64,000 nucleotides of DNA from an uncultured Desulfurococcaceae archaeon (GTDB lineage Archaea; Thermoproteota; Thermoprotei_A; Sulfolobales; NBVN01), in contig CAZQFL010000004.1 of NCBI GenBank assembly GCA_964592745.1, positions 16,041 through 80,040 of the forward strand. The letters are read 5' to 3'. A program made the translations under genes and the position numbers. The notes under the pieces were generated by a model. That model was not told the DNA's origin. It was given only the letters and a program-made list of their open reading frames with translations, and ran no database searches. Positions within the stretch are counted from its first letter, which is position 1. The number at the start of each line of letters is the position of its first letter. Shown here piece by piece: positions 18,861 through 29,035 of the stretch.

Positions 18861-19584
18861 GTTTAGTACCTAAGTATGCCTCAATAACTTTAGGGTCATT
18901 AGCTACCCGTTCAGGCGAGCCTTCAGCTATTTTTCTACCTTCATGCATAACTATTATTCTCTCGCTTAAGTTCATTACGAATCTCATAACATGCTCAACA
19001 ACAATCATCGTTATCCCTAATTCATCCCTAATTCTCAGTAGTACCTTAGCTAGTCTCTCCATCTCGTGAGGCCTTAAACCTGCTGCTACCTCATCAAGAA
19101 GAAGTAATTTAGGCTCAGTAGCTAATGCCCTACCAAGGTCTACTAGCTTATGCTCTATTAGCGTAATCTCACTACCTAATTTATTGAAGTCTTGCTTTGG
19201 TATACCTATAAATTCAAGTACTTCACTTGCTTTCTCTCTAGCCTTTTCAACATCTCTATACCTTAGTAAGGCACCAACAGTAACTGCTTCAAGAACTGTT
19301 AACTTCCTAAATGGACGTACCTTCTGCCAAGTCCTTGCGATACCTTTACTAATTATTTTATGTGGTGGTAAACCTGTGATATCTTCATCCATGAAGTATA
19401 TCCTACCTCCTTCAGGCTTGTAAACACCAGTAATACAATTAAATAACGTTGTTTTGCCAGCGCCATTAGGTCCTATCAATCCTAGTATCTCACCTTCATG
19501 GACGTCAAACGTAACCTTATTTACGGCAATGAGTCCTCCAAATCTTTTAACAACGTCTCTAACCTTAAGTATGACCTTACTCAT
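18853..19584 (-). CDS. livG: branched-chain amino acid ABC transporter ATP-binding protein (LivG-type)
   Basis: Walker [16 protein letters not shown] motif, [11 protein letters not shown]-terminal VIEAYLG. Confidence 0.85.
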   Translation of the reverse strand: MSKVILKVRDVVKRFGGLIAVNKVTFDVHEGEILGLIGPNGAGKTTLFNCITGVYKPEGGRIYFMDEDITGLPPHKIISKGIARTWQKVRPFRKLTVLEAVTVGALLRYRDVEKAREKASEVLEFIGIPKQDFNKLGSEITLIEHKLVDLGRALATEPKLLLLDEVAAGLRPHEMERLAKVLLRIRDELGITMIVVEHVMRFVMNLSERIIVMHEGRKIAEGSPERVANDPKVIEAYLGTKLV

Positions 19585-20555
19585 TAGGTACCACCCCTAC
19601 GTAATCTTCTCTTTAAAGACTCAATAAATCCTCCAATACCTTCAGGTTTCAAGACACCTACAATAACTATTAGTAAGCCGTAAATCAGTAAATATAGTCC
19701 AGGTATAACTGCACCTAATGTACTTCTTAAGTATTCCTCAATAGTTCTTAACACAATAGCGGCTACCAGCACTCCGGGTATTGAACCTAAACCTCCGATA
19801 ATTCCTACTACTGCGACTACTATGGCTAACCATGGGTCAAACATCCTATAAGTAACAATGCTAGTTAGACTTACTTGAATACCTCCCACAAATCCAAGGA
19901 TTGCTGCATAGATTATTAACGCGTAAAGTTTATATTTACGGACATCAATACCTAATGCCTCAGCAGCTAACTCATCCTCTCTAATAGCGGCTAAATAGTA
20001 TCCTAGTCTAGATTTCTTAATTACGATATTAATCCATAATACAAAGAGTAGTATAACAACCAACATGTAATATAATGGTTCATACCTACCGAACCTCAGA
20101 TAGTACCATGACCATTCATAGTATGGTAAGTATATCTCTGTTGATCCATAGATTAGCCAGAACACTCTCTGCACTATAACTACTAATGAAGCTGTAAGTA
20201 ACGCATACCATACTTCTTTTATTCCAAATCTAAACGTTGGATAACCCACGAGAACAGCTAACCCAACAGCTGCTAGAGCTCCTAGGGGCATACCTATCCA
20301 TGGCGTTATACCGTAAAATGTAAGTAGGAGACCTGCTACAGCACCTCCTGTGCCTAGGTATGCCGTAGCTGCAAGGTCTAATTGACCTGCATAACCACCT
20401 ATGATATTCCATGCTAGTACCATTATAGCCATGAGGACTATCTGCGCTGCTAAGTACACATAGTATGCGTTAAAGCCTAAAGCAACAGGCATTAATGAGA
20501 AGATTATTGCAACAACAACGAGCCATAAGATAGTATTTCTATCCATTAACTTCAT
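19584..20555 (-). CDS. livM: branched-chain amino acid ABC transporter permease (LivM-type)
   Basis: 323-aa polytopic protein in the operon, with [14 protein letters not shown], the LivM hallmark loop. Confidence 0.8.
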   Translation of the reverse strand: MKLMDRNTILWLVVVAIIFSLMPVALGFNAYYVYLAAQIVLMAIMVLAWNIIGGYAGQLDLAATAYLGTGGAVAGLLLTFYGITPWIGMPLGALAAVGLAVLVGYPTFRFGIKEVWYALLTASLVVIVQRVFWLIYGSTEIYLPYYEWSWYYLRFGRYEPLYYMLVVILLFVLWINIVIKKSRLGYYLAAIREDELAAEALGIDVRKYKLYALIIYAAILGFVGGIQVSLTSIVTYRMFDPWLAIVVAVVGIIGGLGSIPGVLVAAIVLRTIEEYLRSTLGAVIPGLYLLIYGLLIVIVGVLKPEGIGGFIESLKRRLRRGGT

Positions 20556-20561
20556 CCACTA

Positions 20562-21437
20562 TCACCTCCTACCAAATAGACCTCTAGGTCTTAACCATAT
20601 GATTATAAGGAATGTTAGGTAGATGAAGAGCTCTCTAGCACCTGCAGACACTAAGGTCATACCTAAGCTCTCAATGATACCTATGATTAACCCTGACCAT
20701 AACACACCCATGACGCCTCCTAAGCCTCCCATGGCTACGATAACCCATGAGAGTAAACCGTAAAGTAAGCCTACGTAGGGGTCTGCCCTACTGAATGTCA
20801 TTATAAGTGCCGCTGCTATTGCTGTTAGAGCTATGCCTAAACCAAACGTTACTGAGTATACCTTCTTAATGTTTATACCCATTAACTGAGCTGCCTCTCT
20901 ATCATCAGCTGTTGCTCTAACAGCAATACCCCATGTAGTTCTAGTTAGTAGTAAGTGTACTATGATGAGTAGGATTAAACTAATAACTCCAGCTATGACT
21001 CTAGATAATACTATGGTTATAGGACCTATCCTTAAGGGCACGTTAAAGAATGTGAATGGGACACCTCTTGGCTCAGCATGAAATATAGCTAATGCAGCAT
21101 TTCTTAATATCATTAATAATCCTACAGTAACTGCTATCTGTATTAATGGTTCAGCACCTAATATAGGCTCTATAATTGCTTTATATATAGCTATACCTAG
21201 TATGAAGAATAGCGGTACTGTTATGAATGCTGTAAGCGTTGGATCTATGAGTAAAGCCGTAGCTATTATATACGTGAAATATGTTCCAAGCATTACGAAG
21301 TCTCCGTGAGCGAAGTTTATTATATCCATGACACCGAATATTAGTGCTAAACCTAAAGCTACTAATGCATAAAGTAGACCCTCAAATATTCCGTTCAAGA
21401 GCGCATTAACTATTAGTACAGGTTCTACAGCCATCAT
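20562..21437 (-). CDS. livH: branched-chain amino acid ABC transporter permease (LivH-type)
   Basis: 291-aa polytopic protein. INFAHGDFVMLG and ATADDREAAQLMGI motifs. Confidence 0.8.
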   Translation of the reverse strand: MMAVEPVLIVNALLNGIFEGLLYALVALGLALIFGVMDIINFAHGDFVMLGTYFTYIIATALLIDPTLTAFITVPLFFILGIAIYKAIIEPILGAEPLIQIAVTVGLLMILRNAALAIFHAEPRGVPFTFFNVPLRIGPITIVLSRVIAGVISLILLIIVHLLLTRTTWGIAVRATADDREAAQLMGINIKKVYSVTFGLGIALTAIAAALIMTFSRADPYVGLLYGLLSWVIVAMGGLGGVMGVLWSGLIIGIIESLGMTLVSAGARELFIYLTFLIIIWLRPRGLFGRR

Positions 21438-21598
21438 AGCTTAACACCAGCTCAGAGCACTTACTACATTTAGTGAATCTGGGTGTAAGTATTTAAAATA
21501 TATCCTCCTCAAGGATAGACCGAGGAATTTATTAAAAAACATTGTTGTAAAAAATTGTTAATAGTAATATGTATATTAAGTAAAAATGAAAATCACTC

Positions 21599-23068
21599 TT
21601 ATCCCTTAGCACCAGGCCAGTCAGGTCTTGGGAATATTGGTTGTACCCCGGGTTCTGCATCAGGCCATACTACTACAGGCTTTAACTCACCACCAATTCT
21701 CTGTACTTGTAGTACAGCTGTACCTGCATAGATGTTGTCTCCATTCTCATTGAACTTTATCCTACCAGTTGGGTATAGCTGTGCAGCAATACTGAACCTA
21801 TCTTCTAGGTCTAGAGCTAGGAACGCCTGTCTTAAGTGGTCCGGGTTTAGTGGATCATCTGGGAACATCTCTCCAGCCTTCTCTAACGCCTCTTTAATCA
21901 CCATCATTGAGTAGAATACGATACCTCCGGCCTCAGTTGGTAACTTACCATACCTCTCGATGAACTTCTTCACTATGTACTGGTTCCATGGTGTTGGTCT
22001 AGCTGGGTTATAGCTGTAGGTGTTGGTGTACCATAGTACCGCATCGCCAGCTGCCTTAATTGAGTCCGGATCTGTGTAACCACAGGCACCTGCACCAGCA
22101 ATGAACATAGGCTTAAAGCCCATACCCTTAATTGCCTTAGCTATTAGTACTCCATCATGGAAGTAGGGTACTGATATGACTATATCTGGGTTTAACTCTA
22201 TGAGCTTACTAACTAGAGGTGTCGCATCAGCTATGTTGTATGGATACTCTATGTGATCTAAAATCTTGACGCCAGCCTTCTTCAACACCTCAATAGCTCC
22301 TTCAGCTACATTATGACCGAATATTGAGTCCTCATTCATAACTACTGCTGTCTTAATAGTTAATCCATGCTTCTTAGCCATCTCTAATACGAACCTAGCT
22401 GCTGATCTTCCATGGTCGCTAGCCTTGGGCGCAGCTCTGAATACATACTTCCAGCCCTTCTGTGTTAGGTAATCAACTAAGGCATCCATGACTAATATTA
22501 CCTTCTCTCTATTGGTGACCTCAGCTACACCAGCTGTTATCCTGCTAATATAGGCACCTAGAACTATTGGTGGATGATACTGCGATATAATTTTCTCAGC
22601 AGCTAACTTACCCGTTTCTGGAGTTTCACCTACGTCTTCAACGACTAACTTGAGTTTAGCACCACCAAGGGACTTAATACCTCCTAGCTCATTGTTTATT
22701 ATGTCTACCATTAGTTCGGCAGCCTGCTTAGCTTCTAGACCGAAAACTGCGTGAGCGCCTGTTAATGGCTCTAGTAAACCTATAGTTATTTCCTTTATCT
22801 TGGGGGCCGGCTTTGCCGCTACGGTCGTTGTAATGGTTTGTACAGCTGTAGTTGTTACTGTCTTAGTAATTGTTACAGTTGCTGGAGCTCCGGGAGCCAA
22901 TGTTGTTGTGACTGTCACAGTCGTCGGTACACTAACAGTGGTTGTCACAGTAGTTGGTGCTACCACTGCTGAGGCAATGCCATACCCTATGCCTATACCT
23001 ATTAGTATGGATATTATTACAGCGATTACAATTAGAGTCGTGGTTGAGACGCCTTTAAAATATCTCAT
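21599..23068 (-). CDS. Liv-type (type I periplasmic-binding fold) substrate-binding protein, membrane-anchored with Thr/Val-rich linker
   Basis: 489 aa. N-terminal TM helix, a ~55-aa T/V-rich low-complexity linker, then a LivJ/K-like domain (GLLEPLTGAHAVFG...). Confidence 0.8.
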   Translation of the reverse strand: MRYFKGVSTTTLIVIAVIISILIGIGIGYGIASAVVAPTTVTTTVSVPTTVTVTTTLAPGAPATVTITKTVTTTAVQTITTTVAAKPAPKIKEITIGLLEPLTGAHAVFGLEAKQAAELMVDIINNELGGIKSLGGAKLKLVVEDVGETPETGKLAAEKIISQYHPPIVLGAYISRITAGVAEVTNREKVILVMDALVDYLTQKGWKYVFRAAPKASDHGRSAARFVLEMAKKHGLTIKTAVVMNEDSIFGHNVAEGAIEVLKKAGVKILDHIEYPYNIADATPLVSKLIELNPDIVISVPYFHDGVLIAKAIKGMGFKPMFIAGAGACGYTDPDSIKAAGDAVLWYTNTYSYNPARPTPWNQYIVKKFIERYGKLPTEAGGIVFYSMMVIKEALEKAGEMFPDDPLNPDHLRQAFLALDLEDRFSIAAQLYPTGRIKFNENGDNIYAGTAVLQVQRIGGELKPVVVWPDAEPGVQPIFPRPDWPGAKG

Positions 23069-23199
23069 GATTAAGACCTCCTACATTAATAACTCCTAAA
23101 GAGTGGTTTAAATACTTTTATTTACGTGTCTGAAGTTAAGTAATAAAAGTAGTTTGATTTAAGAAGGGATAATATTAATTACGAAAAAGTAGTGTATTA

Positions 23200-23673
23200 T
23201 TATATTTTCTTATAATATTTTCTTGCTTGAAGTATTGCTTCAACTATTTTCTTATAGCCGGTACACCTGCAAAGGTTACCTTCCAATGCTTTCTTTACAT
23301 CATCCTCCGTTAATTCATCAGAGGAGTTCTTTAGTAGCGCGTAAGCTGTTAATAGAATCCCTGGAGTGCAGTAACCACATTGTATAGCTCCAACCTCAGT
23401 GAATGCTTTAATTAGAGGCCTTAATTCATGCTCTAAACCCTCTACTGTGGTTATTTCATGGCCATCAACCTGTACTGCCAATAACATACATGAATATACG
23501 GGTTTTCCATCGAGTAAAACCGTACATGCACCGCACTCACCACGTTCACAACCTCTCTTAACACTCTTAATGCCTAGTCTATGCCTTAATACATCAAGTA
23601 AGATTTCATTAGGTTTAACGTCCACACTCACGTATTTGCCATTTAATATGAATGATACCTTCATAACTCCCAC
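23200..23673 (-). CDS. molybdenum hydroxylase small subunit, [2Fe-2S]-binding (CoxS/XdhC-type), copy 1
   Basis: 157 aa. CERGECGACTV plus CGYCTPG...CRCTGY cluster motifs. Confidence 0.9.
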   Translation of the reverse strand: MGVMKVSFILNGKYVSVDVKPNEILLDVLRHRLGIKSVKRGCERGECGACTVLLDGKPVYSCMLLAVQVDGHEITTVEGLEHELRPLIKAFTEVGAIQCGYCTPGILLTAYALLKNSSDELTEDDVKKALEGNLCRCTGYKKIVEAILQARKYYKKI

Positions 23674-24566
23674 CTCTCAACTTTAATACCTAAACGATTA
23701 AGTGACCTTACTATTGAATCGATAGTTAATAACACTGACATTTCTTTACGATACTCAGCTGATGCTCTTACATCACTTATTGGTGATATATCTTTTAGCA
23801 CAAGCTCAGCGGCCTTCTTTATCTCATCTATAGTTACATTCTTACCCCTAAGGTAATTCTCGGCTGTGTAAGCTCTAACAGGTGTTGGAGCTACGGCATT
23901 TAGCGATATTCTTACATCAGCAAATTTACCATTCTTAACAATAACAGCTGTAGCTACAGCGACTATGGATAATGTGAATGCATCCCTTCTCCCTAATTTT
24001 ATGAATGACGTACCAACATCTTTAACGTAGGGTATCTCAATCTCAGCTAAGATTTCATTACTTCTTAACTCAGTCTTTCTGGGCCCCTTAAAGAATTTCA
24101 TTATAGGTACTATTCTCTCTCCCTCGATACTTATTAGTTTTAGTTTTGCTTCGTATATCATGAGTGGTGGTGCAGTATCTGCAGCAGGAGAAGCATTACA
24201 CAAATTACCACCAATAGTAGCTATGTTTCTAATCTGCCATGATGACATGTTGTAGGCAGCCTCAGCTAATAAGGGAGCTTTAGATTTAATTATTGGTGAT
24301 TCAATTAGTTCTTGCAGAGTGGTTAATGACCCTATCCTTACCTTGTCACCTTCATCAATTATGTACTTAAGCTCCTTAAGTCTTGATATATCAATTATGT
24401 TCTTAGGTCTATACCTCCTTATTCTAAGATCTATAAGTAAGTCAGTACCTCCCGCTAATACCTTAGCATCTTCAAGTTCTGATAGTAAGTATAGGGCCTC
24501 TTTAAGTGTTGTAGGTCTATAGTAATTGAATTCAGGTAACCTATAGAACATGTTGTCACCTCCCAC
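23661..24566 (-). CDS. molybdenum hydroxylase medium subunit, FAD-binding (CoxM-type), copy 1
   Basis: 301 aa. LAGGTDLL, TIGGNLCNASPAADTAPPL and a CO-dehydrogenase flavoprotein C-terminal domain. Confidence 0.9.
   Translation of the reverse strand: MGGDNMFYRLPEFNYYRPTTLKEALYLLSELEDAKVLAGGTDLLIDLRIRRYRPKNIIDISRLKELKYIIDEGDKVRIGSLTTLQELIESPIIKSKAPLLAEAAYNMSSWQIRNIATIGGNLCNASPAADTAPPLMIYEAKLKLISIEGERIVPIMKFFKGPRKTELRSNEILAEIEIPYVKDVGTSFIKLGRRDAFTLSIVAVATAVIVKNGKFADVRISLNAVAPTPVRAYTAENYLRGKNVTIDEIKKAAELVLKDISPISDVRASAEYRKEMSVLLTIDSIVRSLNRLGIKVERWEL
24128..24218. repeat. 91-nt tract identical (as reverse complement) to 33616..33706
   Basis: Base-by-base reading shows that the reverse complement of 24128-24218 equals 33616-33706 (ACTATTGGTGGTAATTTGTGT...CTAAAACTAATAAGTA). 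Flanking codons differ at nearly every synonymous site. Confidence 0.9.
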
Positions 24567-26901
24567 CCATTCTCTTCTTTATCTCAAAGTATACCCTCTC
24601 AGGTGTTAATGGTAGAGAGTAAATCCTAAATCCTAAGGCATGTGCTACAGCGTTGGATATGGCTGCAGGTACTGGTATTAAAGCCATTTCACCAACACCT
24701 TTAGCACCGAATGGCCCATATCTGAATAGATCCTCGACATAGATAGGCTTCTCAACTCTAGGTACGTCAATAGCCGTCGGTATAACGTAGTCAGTTAAAT
24801 CGGGATTAACTATCCTACCTTTCTCGTCGAATACTAACTGCTCCATTAACACGTAGCCAGTACCTTGAGCAACAGCACCTTCAATTTGTCCTTCAACTTG
24901 TGTTGGATTAATTATCCTACCAGCCGCTAATGCAGGCCATACTCTGGTCACCTTTATCTTTCCAGTGTATGTATCAACTACTACTTCAGCTATAACGGCC
25001 ACGTAGCTATATGCTGGGTATGCGTATCCTTGACCGATTCTATCATCGAATTTACCCTTAGGTAGGAAGAAGTATCCTGTTGCTGACATTTCAATACCTC
25101 TTGAATATGCCTCCTTGATTAAGTCCTCCCATCTTATGTATTTATCCTCCTTACCCTTAACGTAGACCTTACCATTCTTGATTACTATATCAGATGGTGA
25201 TGCACCCAAGAGTTCGGCCGCTAACTTATTTAGCCTCTCCCTCAACCTAGCAGCAGCTACTAAAACACCTATAGCACCTATACTAGTACCTCTTGAAGCA
25301 TGAGTTGCTCCAGTATCTGGCGCATCAGTTGTTCCAAATACAATCCTTACTTTTTCTAGGGGAACACCGAGTACTTCACTAACTATTTGCCTATGTGATG
25401 AGTTTGGCGAACCTTGACCTATCTCAACTATACCTGTCCTCACAGTTACTGAACCATCCTTCTCTATCGTTATAACTGCATTAGACCAGTCAGGAACACC
25501 TCTACTAGTGCTTATACCGTGCCAAGCAACACCTATACCAATACCTCTTCTATATCTACCTTTCTCCTTACCGTACTCTACGTACTTCTTCCTCCATTCA
25601 GCTACCTTAGCTAATCTCTCAACAGCTTCGGCAATACCTACTGACTCTTCTAATAGCTGATTAGTTATGGTTCTTGAACCAGGTCTTAACATGTTCTTTA
25701 ATCTAAATTCTACTGGATCCATACCTAGCTTCTTAGCTAACTCATCCATTTGTGCTTCAGCAGCAAACTGAACTGATGGATTACCGAAGCCTCTAAATGA
25801 ACCTTGAGGTACCTTATTAGTGTACACACAATATCCATCAACTTTAGCGTGAGGTACCTCATAAGGTCCTGAGGCATGTACTGATGCTCTCCAAAGGATG
25901 AATGGACCTCTATTAGCGTATGCGCCAGTATCATGTATTATTGTTACATCTATTGCCATCAATTTGCCATCCTTTGTAGCACCTGATTTATATTTAATTA
26001 TCGTTGCTTCCCTCTTTGGATGAATCATCATAGATTCTTCACGTGAATACATTAGGAATGTTGGTTTACCAGTAATGTAAGCAGCTAATGCTGCTTTAGC
26101 TGCTACTAAAGGTCCCTCATCATCTTTACCGCCGAAACCACCTCCTAAGTATGGCACTACAATTTTAACATAGCTTGCTGGAATACCTAGAACCCTTGCC
26201 GTAATTGCTTGAGCTAAGTGAGGATGTTGTGCTGCAGTTATGATCGTTATTCTATTATCAAGTCCGGGAATTGCTAATGCAGCTTCAGGTTCAAGATATA
26301 GGTGCTCCTGGTGGTGAGTTCTATACTCATTCTCTACTATTACGTCAGATTTAGCAAAACCCTCCTCTACATTGCCTTTCCTTATTTTGGTCCTAAACGC
26401 TATATTACTACCTATTTCATCATGTATTAATACGTCACTCCTCTTCATTGCTTCAAGAGGATCCAATAATGCTGGTAAAGGTTCGTACTCAACCTTAACG
26501 AGTTCCGCAGCATCAAAAGCTTTATCAAAGTCATCAGCGACAACTAAGGCTACGGTTTCACCAAAATATCTAACCTTACCGCTAGCAAGTAATGGTTGAT
26601 CAGGTAAGGCATAACCAACTTGGTTTTCACCAGGTATGTCATCAGCTGTGATAACAGCCCTAACACCGGGTAATTTTAATGCCTCATCTCTAATTATCCT
26701 CTTAATTCTAGCATGAGGTTCGGTACTTAATACTTGCTTAATGAATAATACCCCCTTCTCATAATAATCCTCAACGAACTTAGCCTTACCTAGCGCCTTA
26801 TCTAATGCATCAGCTCTCTCAATACCCTTACCAACAACTATAAACTCCTTGGCTTTAAGCCACTTCTCTATGAGAGTGTAAGGATCCTCCACAACACCCA
26901 T
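24556..26901 (-). CDS. molybdenum hydroxylase large subunit (molybdopterin-binding; aldehyde oxidoreductase/xanthine dehydrogenase family), copy 1
   Basis: 781 aa. GGGFGGK, FRGFGNPS, and the catalytic-Glu region GAKGVGEMALIPVPAAISNAV. The CODH-specific VAYRCSFR loop is not seen. Confidence 0.85.
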   Translation of the reverse strand: MGVVEDPYTLIEKWLKAKEFIVVGKGIERADALDKALGKAKFVEDYYEKGVLFIKQVLSTEPHARIKRIIRDEALKLPGVRAVITADDIPGENQVGYALPDQPLLASGKVRYFGETVALVVADDFDKAFDAAELVKVEYEPLPALLDPLEAMKRSDVLIHDEIGSNIAFRTKIRKGNVEEGFAKSDVIVENEYRTHHQEHLYLEPEAALAIPGLDNRITIITAAQHPHLAQAITARVLGIPASYVKIVVPYLGGGFGGKDDEGPLVAAKAALAAYITGKPTFLMYSREESMMIHPKREATIIKYKSGATKDGKLMAIDVTIIHDTGAYANRGPFILWRASVHASGPYEVPHAKVDGYCVYTNKVPQGSFRGFGNPSVQFAAEAQMDELAKKLGMDPVEFRLKNMLRPGSRTITNQLLEESVGIAEAVERLAKVAEWRKKYVEYGKEKGRYRRGIGIGVAWHGISTSRGVPDWSNAVITIEKDGSVTVRTGIVEIGQGSPNSSHRQIVSEVLGVPLEKVRIVFGTTDAPDTGATHASRGTSIGAIGVLVAAARLRERLNKLAAELLGASPSDIVIKNGKVYVKGKEDKYIRWEDLIKEAYSRGIEMSATGYFFLPKGKFDDRIGQGYAYPAYSYVAVIAEVVVDTYTGKIKVTRVWPALAAGRIINPTQVEGQIEGAVAQGTGYVLMEQLVFDEKGRIVNPDLTDYVIPTAIDVPRVEKPIYVEDLFRYGPFGAKGVGEMALIPVPAAISNAVAHALGFRIYSLPLTPERVYFEIKKRMGGR

Positions 26902-27116
26902 AACAACACCCCCTTCCTAACCTTACACTTACACTAAGAGTACTCAAGTAGGGTAATTTAAGGTTTCAATTCCTCAACTTCCATGCACATAGGCATTACG
27001 TTTGTTAACTTATCCTCTATGTATTTGAAACTGTTTTAGACTCGTTCATTATGGTTTATAATTGCTCATTAATACTCTATACATGTTCTAGCACTGGCAC
27101 TTGGAGGGTTTGAGCT

Positions 27117-29015
27117 ATGCCTCGAGAGCGATTAATAAATGAGGACTATGATTACATGAGTGTTTTGAGAAGTAAGATGTCTAAGGAGATGTTGGAGAAG
27201 TTGCTAAGAATAAAGGATCCGGAACTACATAGATGGATTGCTGACATCATAGTTATCGCTAATCCTGACTCAGTCTATTTAATCACCAGTGAGGAAGACT
27301 TTGATTATGTACGTAAGATGGCCTTAAAGAATAGAGAGGAATTACCAACAATATATCCTAAACATACAGTACATTTCGATGGTCCCAGAGACCTAGCTAG
27401 GGATAGAAAAAACACAAAGATATTACTTCCTGGAGGTCAGAAAATACCCTACATCAATACATTAGATCGTGAGGAGGGATTGAAGGAAATCAAGAAAATA
27501 CTGCCAGGTATGATGAAAGGTAAGGTGATGTTCGTAGGTTTCTACTGCTTTGGTCCTAAGAGATCACCATTCACAATGCATGCTGTTCAAGTAACTGATT
27601 CAGCATATGTAGCTCATAACGAAAACATATTATACAGAGTATGCTACGATGAGTTCGTAGAGAGAGCTCCAAATCTTGAGTACGCTCGATTTCTTCATTC
27701 AGCTGGTGAACGTGACGAGAACGGATGGGCCAAGAATATAGATAAGAGAAGAATTTACATAGATCTACACGACTATACTGTCTACTCTGTAAACACACAA
27801 TATGGTGGTAACACCATAGGTCTTAAGAAGCTCATGTTTAGACTATGTATTTACAAAGGATACCAAGAGGGTTGGTTATGTGAACACATGTTTATAGCAG
27901 GTGTAAAAGGACCTGGCGATAGGATAACATACTTTACTGGCGCATTTCCTGCTGGTTGTGGTAAGACTTCAACAACATTTACATCAGATACCATAGTTGG
28001 TGATGACTTAGCAATAATTAAGGAGGTTAATGGAATAGCAAGAGGTGTTAACCCCGAGATAGGAATGTTCGGAATTATTGATGGCGTTAATCCTATTGAT
28101 GACCCTCAGCTATACGAGATGCTCATAAATCCTGATCATGAAATCATATTCTCAAACGTGCTACTCACAGATGAAGGTAAGGTCTGGTGGAATGGCAAAG
28201 CTGAAGAACCCAGATCAGGTATAAATTATGCTGGTCGTTGGTGGCCGGGAAAGAAGGATGAGAGCGGAAGAGAGGTAAGGCCATCACATCCTAATGCTAG
28301 GTTTACCATATCATTAAGATATCTTAAGAATCTAGATCCACATGTTGATGATCCTATGGGTGTACCCATAGGTGCTATGATATTTGGTGGTAGGGATCCC
28401 GATACTTGGGTACCCGTTGAGGAAGCCTATGACTGGGTTCACGGAATAATAACTAAAGCCGCAGCCCTAGAATCTGAGAAGACTGCAGCCATACTTGAAA
28501 AAGCAGGTGTTAGAGAGTTCAATCCATTCGCAATTCTAGACTTCCTATCAGTCTCTATAGGTAAGTTTATAGAGCTACATCTGAAATTTGCTAAGAAACT
28601 AAAGGTTGTACCAAAGATATTTAGTGTAAACTACTTCCTTAAAGATGAGAAAGGTAATTACTTAGCAGAAAAAGTTGATAAGAGGATATGGCTTAAGTGG
28701 ATGGAACTGAGAGTACATAATGAAATAGGTGCCATTAAGACGCCAACAGGTCTTATACCGATATACGAAGACTTAGTAAAACTCTTCAGTAAGCATCTAA
28801 ATAAGGAATATCCTGAATGGCTTTATGAGAAGGAGTTCATGTTGAGAATACCGCAGCACATAGCTAAGATTGAAAGAATTTGGAGCATATATGAGAAAAT
28901 ACCAGATACACCGCCAATCTTATTTGAAGTATTAAGGAAGCAAAAGGAGCGATTAAAAGAAGCAAGAAATAGATGGGGTGATTACGTCTCTCCATTTAAA
29001 TTTGATAGAAGATAA
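27117..29015 (+). CDS. pckG: phosphoenolpyruvate carboxykinase (GTP)
   Basis: 632 aa. GTP-PEPCK kinase-1a loop FPAGCGKTS, GDD, and PNARFT motifs. Size typical for archaeal PckG. Confidence 0.9.
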   Translation: MPRERLINEDYDYMSVLRSKMSKEMLEKLLRIKDPELHRWIADIIVIANPDSVYLITSEEDFDYVRKMALKNREELPTIYPKHTVHFDGPRDLARDRKNTKILLPGGQKIPYINTLDREEGLKEIKKILPGMMKGKVMFVGFYCFGPKRSPFTMHAVQVTDSAYVAHNENILYRVCYDEFVERAPNLEYARFLHSAGERDENGWAKNIDKRRIYIDLHDYTVYSVNTQYGGNTIGLKKLMFRLCIYKGYQEGWLCEHMFIAGVKGPGDRITYFTGAFPAGCGKTSTTFTSDTIVGDDLAIIKEVNGIARGVNPEIGMFGIIDGVNPIDDPQLYEMLINPDHEIIFSNVLLTDEGKVWWNGKAEEPRSGINYAGRWWPGKKDESGREVRPSHPNARFTISLRYLKNLDPHVDDPMGVPIGAMIFGGRDPDTWVPVEEAYDWVHGIITKAAALESEKTAAILEKAGVREFNPFAILDFLSVSIGKFIELHLKFAKKLKVVPKIFSVNYFLKDEKGNYLAEKVDKRIWLKWMELRVHNEIGAIKTPTGLIPIYEDLVKLFSKHLNKEYPEWLYEKEFMLRIPQHIAKIERIWSIYEKIPDTPPILFEVLRKQKERLKEARNRWGDYVSPFKFDRR

Positions 29016-29035
29016 TACGATTTTATTTTAAAATT

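Noticed and set aside
22800-23099. 99-aa ORF antisense to the binding-protein linker
   Set aside because: It is an artefact of the Thr/Val-rich low-complexity tract. ACN/GTN repeats read as VVT/TVV on the other strand.
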